Assembly (NCBI GenBank): GCA_045629745.1
Contig: JAZQRU010000044.1
Span: 7,258-71,257, forward strand
DNA from: Eubacteriales bacterium
GTDB taxonomy: Bacteria > Bacillota > Clostridia > Oscillospirales > CAG-272
DNA length: 64,000 bases
Direction of reading: 5' to 3'
Part shown: positions 57,895 to 64,000 of the stretch, in pieces
Layout of the letters: each line of letters opens with the position of its first letter
Position numbering within the stretch: the stretch's first letter is position 1
Made by a program: the position numbers and the translations under genes
Notes under the pieces: model-generated
Databases searched by the model: none
The model's input: the letters and a program-made list of their open reading frames with translations, nothing else
What the model was told of the DNA's origin: nothing

Positions 57895-58760
57895 TCAAAG
57901 AATGATTTTGTTAGTTCCGTCTTTGGTTACGTAATGCTTTTTAACCCCCAGCTGTCTCATCCATTCACGAGTAACGGGAATGGTGTGCATACGCATCCAG
58001 CCGAGCTCCTTGAGTTTTTCCTTGTTATCCATTATTTTGGGATACTTTGTTCCGTTGTAGGACTCTGCCCTGCAGCACCATAGACAAGCTTTGGGAGCTA
58101 TCGCTGCATATACCTCCATGCAGCAGCCGAGTCCGCCGTGGTGCGCCATCTGAACCATATCGGCTTTCAGCTTGTCTTTCGACTCAAAATAAAGAATATC
58201 ACTCGCATCAGGTCCGATATCGCCAAGGAACATTACGGATTTTCCGGGAGTTGAAAGCTTAAAGACAAGAGAGCTGTCGTTCATAAGATTGTTGGTAAGC
58301 TCCTCGTGGTACGAGAAAATGAACTCAATTTTGACTTCGTCAACATTGATTACATCCCCCTGCGAAACCTCGCACGCACGGTCTTTGAATTCAGGAAGAA
58401 TTTCAAGGAATGATGGTAGCGTTTCGAGAAGTTCCGATTTAAAATACTCATAATCTCTTACGTTATGATTATCGATTATTGACATGGGGGGAAATGAAAA
58501 TAAACCTTTTCTATGTCAAAATCCGCCCACTTGTTTTTGTTGTATTCGGAGATAAAACCGCTTATGTGGTCCTCATGGGCATGAGTCAGAATCCATGCGG
58601 AAATATGCCGGCCTCCCACGTACTCTTTAAGAAGAGGCATATCAAGCGGTCTTCCGCCGTCAATAACTATGGCGTTGTTTTGCTTTGTTATAATGACGAA
58701 AGACATCATAAATTCACTTGTTTCGGTTATCTGATACATTACGGTTTTTCTGTTTGTCAT
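57895..58760 (-). pseudogene. MBL-fold metallo-hydrolase split by a frameshift at a G6/C6 run
   Basis: The N-part (start ATG 58760, GGAGG RBS) carries HAHEDH and stops at 58476. The C-part (57895-58485) carries FLGDIG and MAHHG. The total of 866 nt is not a multiple of 3. The junction is the homopolymer at 58486-58491, and one extra C would fuse ...HFPP to MSIIDN.... Confidence 0.75.
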
Positions 58761-58793
58761 TAAAAAAATCCTCCAAAAACTCTCGCTTATAAC

Positions 58794-58822
58794 ATCATAA
58801 GGCAAATGTACGGATATGTCAA
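58794..58822 (-). promoter_or_regulatory. Sigma-A promoter of the MBL-fold gene
   Basis: TTGACA, 17-nt spacer, TATGAT. Confidence 0.6.
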
Positions 58823-58840
58823 TATTTCTTTGAAATGTTA

Positions 58841-58869
58841 TTGACAAACTTTTGGCACTATGATATAAT
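58841..58869 (+). promoter_or_regulatory. Sigma-A promoter of the tandem TIM-barrel genes
   Basis: TTGACA, 17-nt spacer, TATAAT, with a TG extension. Confidence 0.7.
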
Positions 58870-58902
58870 AAATCCGTTGACATCACACAAAAGGAGAGTT
58901 CC

Positions 58903-59799
58903 ATGAAACTTGTAACAACAACGGCCACTCTTGAAAAACGATTCGGACTCAAAGAAGCGATAAAAAGAATAAAAGAATACGGATTCGACGCTTACGATTG
59001 CTCGCTTTTCGAATCTATGAAACCGTCAAAGCCCATGTCAAGCTATGCGGCGTATCCGGTAGATGACGAACCCATACATATCACTTATGCGAAGGAAATA
59101 AGAGCTTATGCAGATAAGATAGGTATTTCCTGCGCTCAGACTCACGCCCCCTACCCTACCTTCAGAAAAAACAGCACGCATGATGAAGATATCGCTCAGC
59201 AAATAAGAGCTATTGAAATTTCTGCGATTCTCGGCGCTGAAATTATAGTTATACACCCTCAGAGCTCAATAAACTTTGACTATAATTTCAAAGAAATTTA
59301 TTTCAAGCTCCTCCCTGTAGCAGAAAAGCACGGAATAAAAATCGCAACAGAAAACATGTTTACGAGGAATCCCGAAACAAAGGAGATAATGCCCGCTGCA
59401 TGCGGAACTCCCGAGGAGTTCAAAAAATACGTTGATTTTGCTAACAGCGAATATTTCACAGCATGCCTCGATATTGGACACACAGAGCTTCCCAACACTT
59501 GCGGCGCTGTGACATTTATAGAAGAACTCGGGCACGACAGAATAAAGGCTCTCCACGTTCATGACAATAACAAAATCACCGACAATCACGTTTTCCCGCT
59601 TTCGCAGTCCATAGATTTCGATGCGGTATGCAAGGCGCTTGCTAAAATTGATTACAGCGGAAACTTCACTTTTGAAGCTGATTCAACCAACGACAGATTC
59701 CCTGACGAACTTCTTCCGTATACCTATAAGCTCCTTGAAATGACCGGAAGATACCTCATCAATAAGATAGAAGAATACAAGGGGGGTGAAAAGGCATGA
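58903..59799 (+). CDS. Sugar phosphate isomerase/epimerase (xylose-isomerase-like TIM barrel), copy 1
   Basis: 298 aa. Metal-site blocks ATENMF, ACLDIGH, LHVHDN and GNFTFE. Confidence 0.8.
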   Translation: MKLVTTTATLEKRFGLKEAIKRIKEYGFDAYDCSLFESMKPSKPMSSYAAYPVDDEPIHITYAKEIRAYADKIGISCAQTHAPYPTFRKNSTHDEDIAQQIRAIEISAILGAEIIVIHPQSSINFDYNFKEIYFKLLPVAEKHGIKIATENMFTRNPETKEIMPAACGTPEEFKKYVDFANSEYFTACLDIGHTELPNTCGAVTFIEELGHDRIKALHVHDNNKITDNHVFPLSQSIDFDAVCKALAKIDYSGNFTFEADSTNDRFPDELLPYTYKLLEMTGRYLINKIEEYKGGEKA

Positions 59800-60677
59800 A
59801 ACTCGTTACAATGACTCGCTCTTTAGAGAAAAGATTCGGTCTTAAAAAAGCAATAAAAATGCTTAAGGACGCAGGCTTTGACGCTTACGACTGTTCTCTT
59901 GGATACGCTATGTCAAAGGGTGAATTTTCGGGTGACGACGCAATCGAAAAAGCACGGGAAATAAAAGATTATTCCGACAAACTCGGAATTCCCTGCGCAC
60001 AGACACACACACCGTCTCATGCATCGGATATAAAGAGTATCAAATATTTTCTTGCAGGTATCGAAACCGAGAAAAAAGCAGTTGAAATAAGCGGTATTCT
60101 CGGCGCTGAGGTTGCCGTCGTGCATCCAACCTCTCGTACGGATGCCGAAGGAAACTACGATATGCTCTATTCAAAGCTTCTTCCTATAGCTAAAAAGTAC
60201 GGCTTGAAAATCGCTTGCGAAAACATGTTTGCCTGGAAAGACAAGCTTTCGATTGACATTGAAACAGTCCCCACCGCTTGCGGCCACAGCCGTGATTTCG
60301 TGCGTCAGGTAGACATTGCGAATGACGAAAACATGGTTGCCTGCCTTGATATAGGACACTGCCATCTCCCAAACAACGAAAATTTCGAGCATATGATAAA
60401 AGCTCTGGGAAACAAAAGAATCCAGGCTCTGCACGTTAACGACAATGATATGGTTAACGACATTCACGTATTTCCTTTCTTCGGAAACATAAACTGGGAC
60501 GAGGTTTGCAGACTTCTTGCGGAAATTGACTATCAAGGAAACTTCACCTTTGAAGTTGATCTTTTTATTGAAAAATACCCTAACGAACTTTTGCCCGAGT
60601 GCCTTGAACTTCTTGCAGCAACAGGAAGATATCTTATCAAAAGAATTGAATACTACAAGTCAACTTGTCGCATTTAG
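59796..60677 (+). CDS. Sugar phosphate isomerase/epimerase (xylose-isomerase-like TIM barrel), copy 2
   Basis: 293-aa paralogue of the preceding gene. Shared runs include MKLVT, LEKRFGLK, GFDAYDCSL, CAQTH, ILGAE, ACLDIGH, HVFP, GNFTFE and TGRYLI. The start overlaps the upstream stop (ATGA). Confidence 0.8.
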   Translation: MKLVTMTRSLEKRFGLKKAIKMLKDAGFDAYDCSLGYAMSKGEFSGDDAIEKAREIKDYSDKLGIPCAQTHTPSHASDIKSIKYFLAGIETEKKAVEISGILGAEVAVVHPTSRTDAEGNYDMLYSKLLPIAKKYGLKIACENMFAWKDKLSIDIETVPTACGHSRDFVRQVDIANDENMVACLDIGHCHLPNNENFEHMIKALGNKRIQALHVNDNDMVNDIHVFPFFGNINWDEVCRLLAEIDYQGNFTFEVDLFIEKYPNELLPECLELLAATGRYLIKRIEYYKSTCRI

Positions 60678-60696
60678 GGATAAACGAATAAAAAAC

Positions 60697-60733
60697 GAGT
60701 GGAGACACATTAACAGTGACTCCACTTTTAATT
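60697..60733 (+). terminator. Intrinsic terminator after the TIM-barrel pair
   Basis: Stem AGTGGAG/CTCCACT followed by TTTTAATTT. Confidence 0.65.
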
Positions 60734-60996
60734 TGTGCGTATTAAATTTTTCTAAGGTTGAAAACCTACGGTTTTCTAAATTCTTATTAGTTTTTTTATT
60801 CTATCGCCGTTTCCTCGTTCAGCGTACTCCTTGTACGCCTCTCACTCGTCAGCCGACGATTTCTCCTCTAAATCCGTTTGCCTCAGATTCTGTCTCATTA
60901 AAAATTCGCCATAATATGATTTATTGCTGCACTTTTCTCGATTTTACCTTGATTTTGTTGAATTCTTAATGAGATAGCCCCTTGTGTTATTTTGAA

Positions 60997-61452
60997 TCAG
61001 AATGACTCCTCGTCGCAAATTTTGTTGTCGCAGGACTCGCACTCACCGTCGCAAAGCTCAACATCGTTGATTTTTTCACCGCAAGCGGGGCAAACGAGGC
61101 TTTCGGTGTCAAGTGAATCGTCAAAGCAGATAACTTCGCCGCAAGAGGGACACTCAAGCTCATAATAGTTTGAGTCGTCGTCATACTCGTAGTCCTCGTC
61201 GTCGTTAAGGTCATCATAATCCTCTTCCTCGCCGTCGTTAACGTAGAGGTCTTCTTCTACCATTCCGAGATCTTCGTCAATTTCCTCGATATATTCACGA
61301 AGCTCTTTACATTCAGCTTCAAGGTCTGAAATGCGGTTTGCCATTTTGCCCATAAGGTCGATAAGCTCACCGATAAGCTTCGCTTCTTTACCGTCAAGTT
61401 CATAGCCTTCGAAAAGGCCCTTAAGATATGCTGCATTTTCGTTGATATTCAT
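60997..61452 (-). CDS. Acidic protein with C-terminal double CxxC zinc ribbon (CD1247-like, function unknown)
   Basis: 151 aa. A helical N-domain, a very acidic D/E/Y-rich linker, then CPSCG...CPACG...CDGECESC. Lies immediately downstream of efp. Confidence 0.7.
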   Translation of the reverse strand: MNINENAAYLKGLFEGYELDGKEAKLIGELIDLMGKMANRISDLEAECKELREYIEEIDEDLGMVEEDLYVNDGEEEDYDDLNDDEDYEYDDDSNYYELECPSCGEVICFDDSLDTESLVCPACGEKINDVELCDGECESCDNKICDEESF

Positions 61453-61477
61453 AACTAACTCCTTTGTTATATTCTAA

Positions 61478-61499
61478 AGAGGGCGCAAAACCGCCCTCT
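61478..61499 (-). terminator. GC-rich hairpin between efp and the zinc-ribbon gene (weak terminator or stabiliser)
   Basis: 8-bp stem AGAGGGCG/CGCCCTCT. Only a short U-tract follows. Confidence 0.45.
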
Positions 61500-61515
61500 T
61501 CTGATTGTTTAAAAA

Positions 61516-62073
61516 TTAAGCTCTTTCAATATACTCGCCGGTTCTTGTATCAACCTTGAGAACGTCGCCCTCATTGATGAAAATCGGAACTTTGATAACA
61601 GCGCCTGTTTCAAGAGTTGCGGGCTTGGTTACGTTGGTAGCTGTATCACCGCGAACACCGGGCTCAGTTTCGGTAACTGCGAGCTCAACGAACGTGGGGG
61701 GCTCAACGGAGAAGATATTGCCCTTAAAGGACATAATCTTACAAATCATCTCTTCCTTAACGAAACGGAAGTTTTCACCTACGGTATTGTGAGAAACGAG
61801 AGTTTCTTCCCAGGTTTCAGTATCCATAAAGTGATAAAGGTCACCGTCGTCATAAGAATACTGAAGGTCGCGTCTTTCAATTACTGCATTTTCAAACTTT
61901 GCGGTAGGGTTGAAGGACTGCTCACGAATAGTTCCCGTCATAACGTCTTTATACTTAGTTCTAACGAAAGCTGCGCCCTTTCCGGGTTTTACGTGCTGGA
62001 ATTCGATAACCTGATAAACCTTTCCTTCCATCTCAAAGGTTACGCCGTTTTTAAAATCACCTGCTGTTAACAT
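61516..62073 (-). CDS. efp: Elongation factor P
   Basis: 185 aa. [34 protein letters not shown]. Confidence 0.96.
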   Translation of the reverse strand: MLTAGDFKNGVTFEMEGKVYQVIEFQHVKPGKGAAFVRTKYKDVMTGTIREQSFNPTAKFENAVIERRDLQYSYDDGDLYHFMDTETWEETLVSHNTVGENFRFVKEEMICKIMSFKGNIFSVEPPTFVELAVTETEPGVRGDTATNVTKPATLETGAVIKVPIFINEGDVLKVDTRTGEYIERA

Positions 62074-62165
62074 AATCTTTCCTCTTCTGGCTTTTTAATT
62101 TAAATGGAGGCGGCAACCAGCCACGACTGCGCCCGAAAGAGCTTAAGCTCATAATATACACACAT

Positions 62166-62194
62166 ATTTTACTATATATGCTCGCATTTTGCAA
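62166..62194 (-). promoter_or_regulatory. Sigma-A promoter of efp
   Basis: TTGCAA, 17-nt spacer, TAAAAT, followed by a GC-rich 5' UTR of about 90 nt. Confidence 0.6.
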
Positions 62195-62221
62195 TAGGTT
62201 TTTTGAATTTTTTTGAAAAAA

Positions 62222-63292
62222 TTAAAGAATTTCGATAAGTTCCTTGGTGGAATGGGTGAAATTATACACTCCGTCTTCGCGAATTGCAACCATATCCTCT
62301 ATTCTGCATCCGTATTTGCCGAAAAGATATATACCGGGCTCAACCGTCATAATTTCATTCTTGCGAAGCTTTCTGCCGAAGGCTCTCTTATTAAGTCCCG
62401 GTTTCTCGTGAATGAAAAGTCCTACGGAATGGCCGAGGGAGTGTCCAAACGTTCCGCGGTATTCGGGGATAGCGTCTATAATATCTCTTGCGATTTTATC
62501 CGCTTCACCGCAATCTGCGCCCTCACGGAGATATTCAAGCGCCTGACTTTGCGCGTAAAGAACGGTGTTATAAAGCTTTTTGATTTCCTCGTCTGCGCGG
62601 CCTATAACCAAGGTTCTCGTCATATCGGAGCAATATCCGTCGAACTTTGCTCCGTAATCCATCGTAAGAAATCCACGCTTAAGCTTAACGTTTCTCGGTG
62701 TTCCGTGAGGAAGTGACGATGCGTCACCCGAAACGGCGATAGTATCAAAGGCTACCGTGGGAGCGCCTGCTTTACGCATTGCGTATTCAAGCTCCACTGC
62801 TACGTCGATTTCCGTCATATTGGGAGTTATCATAGAAAGAAGGTGGGAAAATGCCTTGTCGGTCATATCCTGAGCCTTCTGCATTTTTTCGATTTCCTCG
62901 TCGTTTTTTATCTGCCTTATGATTTCTATCATATCACCGATGGAAACGAACTCGACAAAGGGGATTTTTGTTTTGTAGGTTTCGTAGACGGAAAATGGCA
63001 GAAAATCTCCCTCGAAGCCTACGACCTTAGCACCGTTTTCGCGAAGCACGCCCTCGATAAACTCAAATCTTGCTTCGGGCGTTAAAATTTCAAATTCGGG
63101 GTTTGCGTATTTAATTCCCATTTCGTAATAGCGGAAGTCTGTTATAAGGCACGCGCGATTTGCGGTTATAAGCAAGAGTCCGTCGGTAAACGCAAAATCC
63201 GAAAGATATTTCTGATTAAGCTCGTCGAAAATTACGACGGCATCAATTCCCTTCTCTTTAAGCGCCTTTCTTACGGCTTCAAGCTTGTTCAT
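62222..63292 (-). CDS. pepP: Xaa-Pro aminopeptidase (M24B family)
   Basis: Creatinase/prolidase N-domain plus the pita-bread fold motifs HGTPR-like LPHGTP, HSLGHSVG and EPG. I place the start at ATG 63292 (GAGG RBS). Confidence 0.88.
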   Translation of the reverse strand: MNKLEAVRKALKEKGIDAVVIFDELNQKYLSDFAFTDGLLLITANRACLITDFRYYEMGIKYANPEFEILTPEARFEFIEGVLRENGAKVVGFEGDFLPFSVYETYKTKIPFVEFVSIGDMIEIIRQIKNDEEIEKMQKAQDMTDKAFSHLLSMITPNMTEIDVAVELEYAMRKAGAPTVAFDTIAVSGDASSLPHGTPRNVKLKRGFLTMDYGAKFDGYCSDMTRTLVIGRADEEIKKLYNTVLYAQSQALEYLREGADCGEADKIARDIIDAIPEYRGTFGHSLGHSVGLFIHEKPGLNKRAFGRKLRKNEIMTVEPGIYLFGKYGCRIEDMVAIREDGVYNFTHSTKELIEIL

Positions 63293-63812
63293 TTTTCTTT
63301 TCCTCTTTTCGTAATTTTCTTTCGTATTTTGAAAGTATAGGTTTTTCAAGCAAGCGCTTGAATTTTGTGAAAATATCCGTTTTATCCTTTATCGGCGGAA
63401 GCAGTATTGCGCGCATTTTCGCATTTCTTGCCGCCCATACGTCTGTGAAAACCTGGTCACCGATAAATATTGCTTCACGCGGCTCGCGTTCAATATCGGA
63501 AAGCGCTTTAAGAAGGTTTTTCTTAAAGGGTTTTTTAGCCTTATAATACGCGGGAAGTGACAATTTTTCATTAAAAAGCTCGACACGCTCCCTACCGTTA
63601 TTTGAAACTATCGCTGCCCTGATGCCGTTTTGGGAAAGTGCCGAAAGCCAAGCAACAACTCTTTCCGAGGGGTGCGGATTTTCATAAGGTTCAAGCGTAT
63701 TATCAATATCTAGAAGCACACCGCGAACACCTATTGAAAGCAAAAATTCGGGTGTTATTTCGTCAAATTTCCGAAATCTATAATCCGGAACGAGAGTAAA
63801 TGCCATAAACAC
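63279..63812 (-). CDS. yqeG: YqeG family HAD-IIIA phosphatase
   Basis: 177 aa. LLDIDNTL, IVSNN, KKP and IGDQVFTD. Confidence 0.88.
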   Translation of the reverse strand: MFMAFTLVPDYRFRKFDEITPEFLLSIGVRGVLLDIDNTLEPYENPHPSERVVAWLSALSQNGIRAAIVSNNGRERVELFNEKLSLPAYYKAKKPFKKNLLKALSDIEREPREAIFIGDQVFTDVWAARNAKMRAILLPPIKDKTDIFTKFKRLLEKPILSKYERKLRKEEKKNEQA

Positions 63813-63836
63813 TGCATCCTTTTATTTTATGAATTT

Positions 63837-63865
63837 ATTTTATCAAAAATAAATGTAAATGTCAA
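63837..63865 (-). promoter_or_regulatory. Sigma-A promoter of the yqeG-pepP unit
   Basis: TTGACA, 17-nt spacer, TAAAAT, with a TG extension. Confidence 0.65.
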
Positions 63866-63930
63866 GGGTATGCTTCGCAGATACCGCAAGCGGTATGGAA
63901 GCCTTTTGCCTCGGCAAAAAGCTTCTATCC

Positions 63931-64000
63931 GTACCAAGAGCACACCACAAAAAAAGAAGTCTCGTACGAGACTTCTTTTTTTGTGGTGTGCTCTTGGTAC
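63931..64000. repeat. Perfect 70-nt palindrome (35-bp arms), cut by the window edge
   Basis: GTACCAAGAGCACACCACAAAAAAAGAAGTCTCGTA|TACGAGACTTCTTTTTTTGTGGTGTGCTCTTGGTAC is exactly self-complementary. The inner part looks like a bidirectional terminator (A7-stem-T7). Confidence 0.95.

Noticed and set aside
58817-58846. Inverted repeat TGTCAATA...TATTGACA between the MBL gene and the TIM-barrel genes as a repressor operator.
   Set aside because: The two arms are simply the back-to-back -35 hexamers (TTGACA) of two divergent, correctly spaced promoters. No extra explanation is needed, although an operator cannot be excluded.
60517-60969. 150-aa plus-strand ORF extending from inside the second TIM-barrel gene into the intergenic gap.
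   Set aside because: It starts out of frame inside a well-supported gene, crosses that gene's terminator, and has no RBS or recognisable domain.
1-64000. Search for CRISPR arrays, IS elements, toxin-antitoxin pairs, restriction-modification or other defence cassettes, and rRNA genes.
   Set aside because: I saw no regularly spaced direct repeats, no transposase-, integrase- or recombinase-like ORFs, no short paired ORFs with TA-like features, and no methyltransferase/endonuclease pair. The only methyltransferases are a small-molecule or unknown class I enzyme and TlyA. No rRNA sequence is present.

Overview
This window reads as a 64-kb stretch of core chromosome from a low-GC, spore-forming Firmicute of the class Clostridia. 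The lineage call rests on spoIIGA-sigE, whiA, an L21-Prp-L27 operon in which L27 carries a cleavable N-terminal extension, and an S-box riboswitch on metK. About 60 intact protein genes are present, most on the minus strand and tightly packed. They cover cell division (murG, ftsZ), replication and repair (recD2, dnaG, dnaE, ssb, recN, xseAB), transcription (sigA, sigE, nusB, argR, whiA), translation (rpsF-ssb-rpsR, rpsT, rpsP, rpmE, rplU-prp-rpmA, efp, ffh) and central metabolism (metK, PPi-PFK, glpK, galE, ispE, nadK, murB). There is also one tRNA-Leu(UAG), one SAM-I riboswitch, and many near-consensus sigma-A promoters and intrinsic terminators. I found no CRISPR array, transposase, integrase, prophage or recognisable defence island, and no single obvious novel system. 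The observations most worth a second look are: (1) an AraC-controlled four-gene operon (PIG-L deacetylase, NagB-like isomerase/deaminase, PfkB kinase, class II aldolase) that looks like an Aga/Nag-type amino-sugar route with a non-orthologous deacetylase and no transporter. (2) A division locus with no ftsQ/ftsA between murG and ftsZ, an atypical FtsZ C-terminal peptide, and a converging divergent MreB-family gene followed by an untracked 39-aa membrane ORF. (3) A Clp/Hsp100 ATPase with a zinc-ribbon N-terminus and a Gly-to-Asp change in the first Walker A motif. (4) Two genes broken by single-base frameshifts at G-runs. (5) A gene-poor, eroded sugar-utilisation region around the tRNA-Leu. (6) A perfect palindrome of at least 70 bp that runs into the right edge of the window. 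All functional calls come from motif recognition by eye; no database search was possible.
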